From an uncultured Ruminococcus sp. (lineage in GTDB: Bacteria; Bacillota; Clostridia; UBA1212; UBA1255): a stretch of DNA of 30,789 bases. The position numbers were made by a program, and so were the translations under genes. Positions 18,268 through 27,005 of this stretch are shown in pieces. A model generated the notes under the pieces. That model was not told where the DNA came from and ran no database searches. It saw only the letters and a program-made list of their open reading frames with translations. Position 1 is the stretch's first letter, and each line of letters begins with the position of its first letter. Location of the stretch: contig CACZOW010000065.1 in the NCBI GenBank assembly GCA_902782885.1, forward strand, positions 1 through 30,789. The letters are read 5' to 3'.

Positions 18268-18450
18268 ATGATTTGTCCTAAGAGAAGATGGTCCAAAGCC
18301 AGAACGCGCTCCAGAAGAGCGAACTGGAAACTTGAGACTCCGAATATAGTGAGATGTCCGCATTGCCATGAGTTCAAGCTGCCCCATACCGTATGCGGAA
18401 ACTGCGGCTACTATAAGGGACGCGAAGTCGTTGCGATGGGCGAAGAATAA
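18268..18450 (+). CDS. rpmF: 50S ribosomal protein L32, Zn-binding form
   Basis: PKRRWSKARTRSRRA...CPHC...PHTVCGNCGYYKGREV; AGGAGG RBS. Confidence 0.95.
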   Translation: MICPKRRWSKARTRSRRANWKLETPNIVRCPHCHEFKLPHTVCGNCGYYKGREVVAMGEE

Positions 18451-18468
18451 TACTGCTTTTTCTTCACT

Positions 18469-19803
18469 ATGAAAAAAGGGTTAATAAGTTACGTGGAACC
18501 CGGCAGTGCTGCCTACGATGGCGGCATATTGCCGGGTGATCGTTTATTGTCCGTTAACGGCCGGAAGATCAAAGATATATTCGATTACCGCTTTTACACG
18601 TCGGAGGAGAACGTTTCGCTCGAGCTGGAAGACGCGGACGGGGAGGAATATATCGTTGACATCGAGAAGGATCCGGACGAAGACCTGGGCATTAGCTTTG
18701 CTGAGCCGCTGATCGACGCGGACCGGGGCTGCTGCAATAACTGCGTTTTCTGCTTTATTGACCAGATGCCGCCCGGAATGCGCGAGACCTTGTATTTCAA
18801 GGACGACGATACGCGGCTGTCGTTTCTGACGGGCAATTATGTGACCCTTACCAATATCGGCTACGCCGAGCTTGACCGGCTGGTCAAATACCGGCTGTCG
18901 CCGATCAACGTATCCGTACATACCACCAATCCCGAACTGCGCTGCCGTATGCTGCGGCACAAGGGCGCGGGGGACATCCTGAAAAAGCTGGACGTGCTGC
19001 GAAAGGGCTGTATTACCGTCAACGCGCAGATCGTGCTTTGCCCCGGCATCAACGACGGCGCCGAACTTGAACGCACGCTGGATGATCTGCTGTCATTTTC
19101 GGAGTGCGTTGCCAGCGTTTCCGTCGTGCCGGTAGGTCTTACGAGATACCGCGAAGGGCTCCCTGAACTGAGATTGCCCACGCGCGAGGATGCGCTCGCC
19201 GTGCTGGACACCGTAGCCCGCTTCCAGCAGAAAGCGCTCGTCAAAGCGGGCACGCGCTTCGTTTACGCCGCGGACGAATTTTATATCTACGCGGGCCGTG
19301 AACTGCCGGAATATGAGGAATACGAAGAGTTCCCGCAGCTGGAAAACGGCGTGGGAATGCTGAGACTGCTGGATTTTCAGGTATGCGAGTACTTGCGTTC
19401 CGACGGCCGGCGGCTCCGCAAAAAGCTGGGCGAAGGTTTTAAGCGGGATGTGGACGCGGCTACCGGCGTCGCGGCTTATGACTTTATAGAAAAACTTTGC
19501 CGCTACGTCGAGCGGGAGTTTCCGGGGCTGAACGTCCGGGTACACCGCATCGTCAACGATTTCTTCGGTCACTCGGTGACCGTGTCGGGATTGATCACCG
19601 GCGGCGATCTGGTGGCGCAGTTAGAGGGCAAAATGCTCTCCCGCGAACTGCTGATAACTGAGAACATGCTGCGCAGCGGCGAGACCGTGTTCCTGGATGA
19701 CGTGACGATGGAACAGGCCGCGGAACGGCTGAACATTAATATCACGCCTGTGCCGGACAGCGGCGCGGCGTTCGTAAAAGCACTTTTGGGAGTAACGAAA
19801 TGA
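18469..19803 (+). CDS. PDZ + DUF512 putative radical-SAM-like Fe-S protein
   Basis: N-terminal PDZ-like GILPGDRLLSVNG; CCNNCVFCFIDQMPPGMRETLYFKDDD.RLSFL.GNYVTLTN; PQLENGVG; typical position upstream of der. Confidence 0.88.
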   Translation: MKKGLISYVEPGSAAYDGGILPGDRLLSVNGRKIKDIFDYRFYTSEENVSLELEDADGEEYIVDIEKDPDEDLGISFAEPLIDADRGCCNNCVFCFIDQMPPGMRETLYFKDDDTRLSFLTGNYVTLTNIGYAELDRLVKYRLSPINVSVHTTNPELRCRMLRHKGAGDILKKLDVLRKGCITVNAQIVLCPGINDGAELERTLDDLLSFSECVASVSVVPVGLTRYREGLPELRLPTREDALAVLDTVARFQQKALVKAGTRFVYAADEFYIYAGRELPEYEEYEEFPQLENGVGMLRLLDFQVCEYLRSDGRRLRKKLGEGFKRDVDAATGVAAYDFIEKLCRYVEREFPGLNVRVHRIVNDFFGHSVTVSGLITGGDLVAQLEGKMLSRELLITENMLRSGETVFLDDVTMEQAAERLNINITPVPDSGAAFVKALLGVTK

Positions 19804-21134
19804 GCAAACTGCCAGTGGTCGCCGTGATCGGACGGCCGAACGTAGGAAAATCGTCATTCTTCAATTTCGTCACCGGACGACGTATCTCCATCGTGGAAGA
19901 CACGCCCGGGGTGACGCGCGACCGCATTTACGAAAAAGTAGAGTGGCGGGGCAGATATTTTACATTGATCGATACCGGCGGCCTTGAAGTAGGGTCGGAC
20001 GACCCCATCACCGTGCAGATGCGGCGGCAGGCGGAAGTCGCGGCTGAACTCGCGGACGTGATACTGTTCATGGTTGACGGACAACAGGGCCTCACCGCCG
20101 GCGATCATGAGATCGCAACGCTGCTCCGGCGCGTGCAGAAACCCGTGCTGGTGGCAGTCAACAAAGTTGATTCGGTCGGCGACGTTCCCCCCGAAGTATA
20201 CGAGTTTTACAATATGGGATCGGGTGAGTTATATCCGATATCTTCCGCGCACGGCCTCGGCATCGGAGAGATCCTGGACGCGATATTCGAAGTACTTCCC
20301 GAGCCCGGGGATGCGGACGCGGACGAAGACTGCGTGAACGTGGCTATTGTAGGCAAACCCAACGCGGGCAAATCTTCGCTGGTCAATAAGATCCTGGGCG
20401 AGCAGCGCGTGATCGTCAGCGACGTGCCGGGCACGACGCGGGACGCGATTGACACATATACGGAAGTAAACGGGCAGAAATACTGCATTATTGACACCGC
20501 GGGCCTGCGCAAACGCGGCCGCATCTCGGACAACATCGAAAGATACAGCACGATGCGTAGCCTGGGCGCCGTTGACCGGTCACAGGTCGTGGTGCTGATG
20601 ATTGACGCCGTTGACGGCGTGACTGAGCAGGACACCAAGATCGCCGGCTACGCGCTCGAGCAGGGCAAGGCGATGATCATTGCCGTCAATAAATGGGACC
20701 TCGTGGAAAAAGACACGAATACCATGGAGAAATACCGCCAGGAAGTGCTGAATAAATTCAATTTCATCATGTTCGCGCCCGTGGTGTTCTTCTCCGCGCT
20801 CACCGGTTCGAGAGTGAACAAACTTTTCGATACGATCATCAAAGTCCGCGACGCCGCGGCCCGCAGGATTTCCACCGGTATGCTCAACGATTGTCTGGCG
20901 GAAGCCATGATCACCCAGCAGCCGCCCTCCGACAAAGGCAAGCGCCTGAAGCTTTACTACATGACCCAGATCGGCGTCGAACCGCCCACTTTCGTGATAA
21001 AATGCAACTCAAAGGCGCTGTTCCACTTCTCATATCTCCGCTACCTGGAAAATCAGCTGCGCAAAAAATTTGACTTTACAGGAACGCCGATTAGGTTTAA
21101 AATTAGGGAGAAGGATGAGGAAAGCGGGGATTAA
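19800..21134 (+). CDS. der: Ribosome biogenesis GTPase Der (EngA)
   Basis: Tandem G-domains: GRPNVGKSS/DTGG/NKVD and GKPNAGKSS/DTAG/NKWD; C-terminal KH-like domain (GTPIRF). Confidence 0.97.
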   Translation: MSKLPVVAVIGRPNVGKSSFFNFVTGRRISIVEDTPGVTRDRIYEKVEWRGRYFTLIDTGGLEVGSDDPITVQMRRQAEVAAELADVILFMVDGQQGLTAGDHEIATLLRRVQKPVLVAVNKVDSVGDVPPEVYEFYNMGSGELYPISSAHGLGIGEILDAIFEVLPEPGDADADEDCVNVAIVGKPNAGKSSLVNKILGEQRVIVSDVPGTTRDAIDTYTEVNGQKYCIIDTAGLRKRGRISDNIERYSTMRSLGAVDRSQVVVLMIDAVDGVTEQDTKIAGYALEQGKAMIIAVNKWDLVEKDTNTMEKYRQEVLNKFNFIMFAPVVFFSALTGSRVNKLFDTIIKVRDAAARRISTGMLNDCLAEAMITQQPPSDKGKRLKLYYMTQIGVEPPTFVIKCNSKALFHFSYLRYLENQLRKKFDFTGTPIRFKIREKDEESGD

Positions 21135-21137
21135 GCC

Positions 21138-21818
21138 ATGGATTGGCTGATAATATGTCTTGCGGCCGGTATAGGCTACCTGCTCGGGAGTCTGAACGGC
21201 GCCGTAATTATTTCCAGAGGAATTTACAGATCAGATATTCGCGAACACGGCAGCGGCAACGCGGGCACCACCAATATGCTCCGCACCTTCGGCAAGGGCA
21301 GTGCGCTGCTTACGCTGGTGTTCGATTTCGTCAAAGGAATTCTCGCGTGCGTGCTGGCGGGGCTGCTGGTCAAATACTGTTCCGGACGCTTCAGCTATTT
21401 TGACGGCGTATGCACCGGCGGTCTGTTTGCGGTCTTCGGCCACAACTGGCCCGTATATTTCGGTTTCAAAGGCGGCAAAGGCGTATTGACCGGCTTTGCG
21501 GTCATGCTGATGATATCGCCGTACGCGGCGCTGTGCGCACTGGGCGTGTTTATCGTTATCGTCGCCGTCACCCGTTACGTTTCGCTGGGATCGATCCTGG
21601 CCGCGTTCTCGCTGCCGCTGTTCGTGCTGATGTTCCGGCTTTTAGAGCATAAGACCGCGTTTTCATATTCAGTGGCAGTAAGCATTATTTTCGCGGTTCT
21701 GATAATAGTCCGTCACCGTGCCAACATCGGACGGCTGATTAAGGGCAGTGAGTCCAAGCTCAGTTTCAAATCAGGCCCAAAAAGTGATCAGACTGAGGAG
21801 CAGGGGAAAAAGCCATGA
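21138..21818 (+). CDS. plsY: Glycerol-3-phosphate acyltransferase PlsY
   Basis: GYLLGS, DIREHGSGNAGTTN.LR, GHNWP...FKGGKGV, RHRANIGRL..GSE. Confidence 0.95.
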   Translation: MDWLIICLAAGIGYLLGSLNGAVIISRGIYRSDIREHGSGNAGTTNMLRTFGKGSALLTLVFDFVKGILACVLAGLLVKYCSGRFSYFDGVCTGGLFAVFGHNWPVYFGFKGGKGVLTGFAVMLMISPYAALCALGVFIVIVAVTRYVSLGSILAAFSLPLFVLMFRLLEHKTAFSYSVAVSIIFAVLIIVRHRANIGRLIKGSESKLSFKSGPKSDQTEEQGKKP

Positions 21819-22828
21819 TTATAATGATCAGAAAAGGCGCCGAACCGGAAAAGATCGAAGCGCTTAAACAATGGCTCTCCAGATATGACGTAAGCGTTGA
21901 CTCCGCGACCATTTGGGGCAGCGTCGTGATCAGGCTCGAAGGCGACCTGTCAAAAGTTGACACTTCACTTATCAAGCGGTTCGATTGCGTGGCGATGGTC
22001 ACCAGCACGGAGGAGCCGTATAAATACGCGTCCCGCCGGAACTATCCTGACAATACCGTCATACACGTTGGAAACCGCGTGATCGGCGACAATAATTTTA
22101 CCGTTATCGCGGGACCCTGCTCCGTGGAATCTCCGGAGCAGATCTGCGAAGTCGCCATGGCGGTAAAAACCAGCGGCGCGTCTATCCTGCGCGGCGGCGC
22201 GTTCAAACCGCGTACGTCGCCCTACGCGTTTCAGGGGCTAAAGAGCCGCGGGATCGAGATGCTGCTGGAAGCCAAGAAACTGACCGGCATGCCTATCGTG
22301 TCGGAGATCGTGGATATCTCCGCATTGCCGTTTTTTGAGAATGTAGATATCATACAGGTGGGCGCACGCAATATGCAGAATTTTGAGCTGCTCAAGGAGC
22401 TCGGTCAGATACGCAAGCCCATCCTGCTTAAACGCGGCCCCGCCAACACTATCCAGGAATTTCTGCTGAGCGCGGAATACATACTGGCCGGAGGCAACAA
22501 AGACGTTATCCTCTGCGAACGCGGCGTCCGAACGTTTGAAACGATGACGCGCAATACTCTCGATATTTCTGCGATACCGCTGTTAAAGAGATTGACGCAT
22601 CTGCCGGTTTTTGCCGATCCCAGCCACGCCAGCGGGATCTCCGACGTCGTGCCGGATATTGCCCTTGCGTGTGCGGCGGCGGGTGCCGACGGTGTCATGA
22701 TCGAAGTCCACAACGACCCGGTCAACGCGTTTTCCGACGGTGCGCAATCCATTACGCCGGAGAGTTTTGCGGCAATTATGCCTAAATTGTCCGCTATATG
22801 CGGCATCCTGGGCAAATCCCTCGGCTGA
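21815..22828 (+). CDS. aroF: DAHP synthase type I-beta with N-terminal regulatory domain
   Basis: IAGPCSVES, RGGAFKPRTSPYAFQG, QVGARNMQNF, LLKRG, CERG, DPSH, IEVH. Confidence 0.94.
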   Translation: MIIMIRKGAEPEKIEALKQWLSRYDVSVDSATIWGSVVIRLEGDLSKVDTSLIKRFDCVAMVTSTEEPYKYASRRNYPDNTVIHVGNRVIGDNNFTVIAGPCSVESPEQICEVAMAVKTSGASILRGGAFKPRTSPYAFQGLKSRGIEMLLEAKKLTGMPIVSEIVDISALPFFENVDIIQVGARNMQNFELLKELGQIRKPILLKRGPANTIQEFLLSAEYILAGGNKDVILCERGVRTFETMTRNTLDISAIPLLKRLTHLPVFADPSHASGISDVVPDIALACAAAGADGVMIEVHNDPVNAFSDGAQSITPESFAAIMPKLSAICGILGKSLG

Positions 22829-22861
22829 GTCCGTTTTACGATCCTACCTTATAACGCATAT

Positions 22862-22902
22862 AAAAACGGGACCTCCAAAATTACTTTCCGAGGTCCCGTT
22901 TT
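22862..22902. terminator. Bidirectional intrinsic terminator between convergent aroF and mgtE
   Basis: AAAACGGGACCTC...GAGGTCCCGTTTT, a perfect 13-bp inverted repeat with A/T tracts on both flanks. Confidence 0.88.
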
Positions 22903-22946
22903 GCGATTTTTGATCTGATACGTATCTGATATTGATGCTTATTGCG

Positions 22947-24350
22947 CTATATGCCCAGCAGCCACTTCGCGACGCTGAAGTAGATCAGCAGCGATACGGC
23001 GTCAACGATGGTGGTGATGAACGGGCTCGCCATTACCGCCGGGTCAAATCCGATCTTCTTTGCGAACAGCGGCAGCGTGCAGCCGATGAACTTCGCGATG
23101 ATGATGGTGAAGCACATGGTGATGCAGACGACCAGCGCGACCGTGATCGACACATGCTCGTGCAGCAGCAGGTTGTTGATCAGAAGGATCTTCAGGAACG
23201 TTGCCACCGCCAGCGAAATGCCGCACAGAATAGATACGCGGGATTCCTTCCAGATGACCTTGATGATGTCTCCGAATTCGATCTCGCCCAGCGAAATACC
23301 GCGGATGATCGTAACGGAGGCCTGGCTGCCGGAGTTGCCGCCGGTGTCCATCAGCATGGGAATGAACGCGGTCAGAACTACCTGCGCCTGCAGCGCGTTC
23401 TCGAAACCGGAAATTATCATTCCGGTGAATGTGGCCGATACCATCATCAGCAGCAGCCAGGGGATACGGCTCTTCCAGATATTGAACACGGAAGTCTTGA
23501 GGTACGGCTTCTCCATAGGCGTGATAGCGGCCATTTTTGCGAAGTCTTCTTCCGCCTCTTCCTGGATGACGTCGATGGCGTCATCGACCGTTACGATACC
23601 CACGAGCCGGTGTTCGCGGTCGACGACGGGCACCGCCAGCAGGTCGTATTTCTCGATCAGTTTCGAAACGTCTTCTTTGTCCGAATCGGTGGTGGTGTAG
23701 ATGACGTTCTCATCCATTATGTCCGAGATCACCGCGTCCTGTGGGGAGGTGAGCAGCGTCATAACGGTGACCAGACCCAGCAGTTTGCGGTTGCGGTCGA
23801 TCACGTAACACGTGTATATCGTTTCTTTGTTAAGACCCGTCTCGCGGATCTTGTCGAACGCTTCCTTCACCGTCATGCTTTCGGTAAGGTCGACAAATTC
23901 GATCGTCATTATGCTGCCCGCGCTGTCTTCGGGATAGTGCATAATGTCGTTGATCTTGGCGCGGCGTTCGGGGGAGATGCTGCGCAGGATACGGCGGACA
24001 ACATTTGCGGGCATTTCTTCGATGATATCGATAGTATCGTCAACGAACACGTCGCTCATGACCCGCTCCAGTTCTTCGTCGGAAAACGCGCGGATCAGCA
24101 CTTCCTGCTGATCGCTGTCCATTTCCACGAAGGTGTCCGCGGCCAGTTCTTTGGGGAGTATCCTGAAAATGAGAGGCACGTTTTCAATAGGTACCTCTTC
24201 GAGCATCATTGCAATGTCTGCCGGTTCCAGATCTTCCAGCAGTTCTTTTAGTTTGGAGTAATCCTTTTTTTCGATCAATTCGTAAGCGTGCTCGATCTTT
24301 TCTTCCAGCATGTCTTCGGCTTCGTTTACGAATTCATTATCCTCCTGCAT
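22947..24350 (-). CDS. mgtE: Magnesium transporter MgtE
   Basis: Acidic N-domain; CBS pair (YPEDSAGSIMT, LVGIVTVDDAID); RIPWLL, DTGGNSGSQ, DPAVMASPFITTIVD. Start moved to ATG 24350 behind AAAGGAAGG. Confidence 0.95.
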   Translation of the reverse strand: MQEDNEFVNEAEDMLEEKIEHAYELIEKKDYSKLKELLEDLEPADIAMMLEEVPIENVPLIFRILPKELAADTFVEMDSDQQEVLIRAFSDEELERVMSDVFVDDTIDIIEEMPANVVRRILRSISPERRAKINDIMHYPEDSAGSIMTIEFVDLTESMTVKEAFDKIRETGLNKETIYTCYVIDRNRKLLGLVTVMTLLTSPQDAVISDIMDENVIYTTTDSDKEDVSKLIEKYDLLAVPVVDREHRLVGIVTVDDAIDVIQEEAEEDFAKMAAITPMEKPYLKTSVFNIWKSRIPWLLLMMVSATFTGMIISGFENALQAQVVLTAFIPMLMDTGGNSGSQASVTIIRGISLGEIEFGDIIKVIWKESRVSILCGISLAVATFLKILLINNLLLHEHVSITVALVVCITMCFTIIIAKFIGCTLPLFAKKIGFDPAVMASPFITTIVDAVSLLIYFSVAKWLLGI

Positions 24351-24600
24351 AGGCTCTTCCTTCCTTTCGTTCCGGGCTTGCCGGTGATTAAGTAAAGGGG
24401 GCAGACTGTGCATACGGACCCTGTGATTATGTTTCAGATCGCGGGAAAATGTTCAGAAAGATTTCGCAAAGTGAAACAAATCTGAGCATGGGTGATAAGC
24501 GGTGTCGTTGTCAACACTACTTCGCCCGGGTACCGCACTACTACCTCCGGTATCCATTTGTTTCACCTCACGATATAATTGGATTTCACGGATTGACCGC
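24351..24600 (-). promoter_or_regulatory. Long structured 5' leader of mgtE, candidate cis-regulatory RNA
   Basis: About 250 nt between promoter and start codon. An 18-bp helix (24556-24573 with 24464-24481, three G-U pairs) encloses two hairpins; a further hairpin can occlude the mgtE SD. Confidence 0.6.
24453..24557 (-). CDS. Putative 34-aa leader peptide (MDTGGSSAVPGRSSVDNDTAYHPCSDLFHFAKSF)
   Basis: GAGGTG SD 6 nt before the ATG, within the mgtE leader. No recognisable homology; may not be translated. Confidence 0.3.
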   Translation of the reverse strand: MDTGGSSAVPGRSSVDNDTAYHPCSDLFHFAKSF

Positions 24601-24607
24601 TTTCAGA

Positions 24608-24637
24608 ATTATAAACTATTTATTATTTTTGTGTCAA
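24608..24637 (-). promoter_or_regulatory. Sigma-A promoter for the mgtE leader
   Basis: Minus strand TTGACA (24637-24632), 18-bp AT-rich spacer, TATAAT (24613-24608). Confidence 0.8.
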
Positions 24638-24662
24638 CCCCCTGTTTTTGACGGCGCGCGTA

Positions 24663-24671
24663 TGGTATACT
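24663..24671 (+). promoter_or_regulatory. Extended -10 element upstream of the ABC-DUF1854-ABC operon
   Basis: TG-G-TATACT about 45 bp upstream of ATG 24716. No correctly spaced -35. Confidence 0.45.
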
Positions 24672-24715
24672 ATCTTTTGACCGGCGCGGATAAGGCCCAC
24701 GGCAGAGCGGAACGT

Positions 24716-27004
24716 ATGATCGAGATTTCCAAATTCAGAGCAGAAGCGAAAACAGCACTCATTAAGCACGGTATAAGACCGGAGGATATTGTCATCTTTG
24801 CCGAGACAGATCTTTCGATGGAACTTGACCATGCCGCGGTCTATATCGTCCTCACCGAGGAGCGGCTCCATATTATCGAAGGCCAGCTCATGATCTCCGG
24901 CAGACCCGGTAAAATGCGCAGAAGCGCCGCGGTCGCCCGTACGTTCATCGAGACCGATTCCCGGGAATACGAACGGGACAAGATAAAAGCTCCCGCGGTG
25001 GAGGAACTGATCTCCGCCGGGTATCTGACCGCGGAAGTGGACGGCAATACCCTCCGACTGGCGGCCATGACCCGTACGGCAATGCGCGACGTGCGGCTTT
25101 TCGTGAAGTACGCGGGCAAGTATCTTTCCGACGGCAGCACCGAGACGGATTCTGATGATTTTAAGGACGAAAGATTCTGCCCTAAATGCGGCCGCCGCTA
25201 CCCGGATCCGAACCGTAAGATCTGTCCCGGCTGCATGGAAAAAGCCGGCATTTACAAACGGCTGCTGGCGTTTTCAAAGAAGTACAGATGGCAGATGCTG
25301 GCGGTGCTGCTCTCGATTACCGCATTGTCGGCGCTGGGCGTGATCGCGCCGTACGTGTCCACGTCGTTCTTTTATGACAAGGTATTGACCCCCGGGAGCG
25401 GGTGGTTCGGCCACATTTCCTTCGTGCTGATACTGATCGTCGGGCTGCGCCTGATGAGCGCGCTCGTAAGTTCGCTCACGGGAGTTATTTCCGCCCGCGT
25501 TTCCGCGTTCGTGACGTATGACCTGAAACGGACGATCTTCACCGCCATCGAACGGCTCTCGCTGTCGTTTTTCACGGCGCGCCAGACCGGCGGACTGATG
25601 AATCAGATCAACAACGACGCCAACACGATATACTGGTTCTTCTGTTCGGGCGTGCCGGAGTTTTTAAAAAATGCCGTGCAGCTTATTGCGGTCTTCGTGA
25701 TAATGTTTATCATGAATCCGGCGCTGGCGGGCTTTTCCGCGGTGATATTGCCGCTGTTCGCGTACACGGTTTGGCGGATCAACCGGCTCATGATGACGCT
25801 CCATCAGCGGAGATACGCCAGTTCTCGGTCAATGAACAGCGCGCTCTCCGACGCCCTCTCGGGATTCCGGGTCGTCAAGACCTTTGCCCGTGAAAAAGAG
25901 GAGACAGCACGCTTTGACAAACGTTCCCGCCGGCTTGCCTACGACGGCCGCAACGTGACGATCTTCAACAACACGGCGTTTCCTTTTGCATCGTTTATTA
26001 TGTACCTGTCGAACATCATCGTGTGGGCGATCGGCGGCTGGATGGTGATCTCCGGATACGGCGGCATGACGTACGGAAAACTGATGGCGTTCATCGCTTA
26101 TGTGGGCCTGATGAACCAGCCGATGTTCATGTTCGTGGATATGATATACTGGTTCTCCGACTGCACGAACGCGGCGGGCCGGCTGTTCGAGATCGCCGAT
26201 GCCGAACCGGACGTAACCGAACCGGAGCAGCCGGTCATTCTGGGAGAGATGCGGGGCCGGGTCGAGTTTCGCGACGTAGAGTTTTCGTATGACAAAGCGC
26301 GGAAGGTGATCGACGGCGTTTCGTTTACCGTGGAGCCCGGCGAGACGCTGGGACTGGTGGGCCATTCCGGCGCGGGCAAAAGTACGCTGGCCAATCTGCT
26401 GATGCGGCTCTACGATGTGAACGCGGGCGAGATACTGATCGACGGGGTCAATATCAAGGATCTGTCTTTTGCCGAACTGCGGGCGGGCGTGGGCATCGTT
26501 TCCCAGGAAACATATCTGTTCGTCGGCACCATTGCGGACAATATCCGCTACGCGCGGCCCGAAGCCTCTTTCGAGGAGGTATTGACCGCCGCGCGGATCT
26601 CCGGCGCGCACGATTTCATCGTTAAACTGCCGGACGGATATGACACGAAGATCGGGTTCGGGTACAAGGATCTGTCCGGCGGCGAACGCCAGCGGCTGTC
26701 CATTGCCCGCGCGGTGCTGCTGAACCCCAGGATACTTATCCTGGACGAGGCCACGGCGGCAATGGATACCCAGACCGAGCGCCGCATCCAGGATGCGCTC
26801 ACGCTGCTCTCCAAAGGCCGCACCACCATAATGATCGCACACAGATTGTCCACGTTAAGGGACGCGGGCAAGCTCGTTGTCATCGAGAACGGAAAAGTAC
26901 AGGAGACCGGCACCCACAACGAACTGCTGGTCAAAAAGGGAACATACAGCAAACTGTACACGCTCCAGCTGGAAGCGCTCAAAAACATAGGAGTGGAAGA
27001 ATAA
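24716..27004 (+). CDS. Type IV ABC exporter (TMD-NBD) with N-terminal soluble domain and Zn ribbon
   Basis: GHSGAGKST, VSQ, LSGGE, ILILDEAT, AHR; multiple TM helices; CPKC-x11-CPGC just before TM1. Start at ATG 24716, because 24449 overlaps the mgtE leader and promoter. Confidence 0.9.
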   Translation: MIEISKFRAEAKTALIKHGIRPEDIVIFAETDLSMELDHAAVYIVLTEERLHIIEGQLMISGRPGKMRRSAAVARTFIETDSREYERDKIKAPAVEELISAGYLTAEVDGNTLRLAAMTRTAMRDVRLFVKYAGKYLSDGSTETDSDDFKDERFCPKCGRRYPDPNRKICPGCMEKAGIYKRLLAFSKKYRWQMLAVLLSITALSALGVIAPYVSTSFFYDKVLTPGSGWFGHISFVLILIVGLRLMSALVSSLTGVISARVSAFVTYDLKRTIFTAIERLSLSFFTARQTGGLMNQINNDANTIYWFFCSGVPEFLKNAVQLIAVFVIMFIMNPALAGFSAVILPLFAYTVWRINRLMMTLHQRRYASSRSMNSALSDALSGFRVVKTFAREKEETARFDKRSRRLAYDGRNVTIFNNTAFPFASFIMYLSNIIVWAIGGWMVISGYGGMTYGKLMAFIAYVGLMNQPMFMFVDMIYWFSDCTNAAGRLFEIADAEPDVTEPEQPVILGEMRGRVEFRDVEFSYDKARKVIDGVSFTVEPGETLGLVGHSGAGKSTLANLLMRLYDVNAGEILIDGVNIKDLSFAELRAGVGIVSQETYLFVGTIADNIRYARPEASFEEVLTAARISGAHDFIVKLPDGYDTKIGFGYKDLSGGERQRLSIARAVLLNPRILILDEATAAMDTQTERRIQDALTLLSKGRTTIMIAHRLSTLRDAGKLVVIENGKVQETGTHNELLVKKGTYSKLYTLQLEALKNIGVEE

Positions 27005-27005
27005 T

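Noticed and set aside
22932-24251. 439-aa plus-strand ORF
   Set aside because: It is antisense to a clear mgtE and has no family motifs.
24351-24413. Longer mgtE start at 24413
   Set aside because: No SD there; ATG 24350 has AAAGGAAGG at suitable spacing.
24355-24425. ykkC/guanidine-I-like or SRP-like fragments (AGGGUCCG, CACCG..AAGCCCGG, GGAAGGAAG)
   Set aside because: Only scattered short matches; the conserved cores (CUGGUCCGAG; CAGG-stem-AGCAG) are missing.
24464-24573. M-box (ykoK) riboswitch call for the mgtE leader
   Set aside because: UCGUGAGGUGAAAC resembles the M-box 5' end (UCGUUAGGUGAGGC, 11/14), but the downstream core elements I recall (CUGCCC..AAA, GGGU.AACAG, AAAGCUC.ACGA) are absent. 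A covariance search is needed to exclude a divergent member.
24648-24653. TTGACG as the -35 for the exporter operon
   Set aside because: It is only 12 bp from the TATACT -10, too short for a sigma-A promoter.
24449-24715. N-terminal 89 aa of the 851-aa ORF-track protein
   Set aside because: It overlaps the mgtE leader and both promoters and is not protein-like; ATG 24716 is more plausible.
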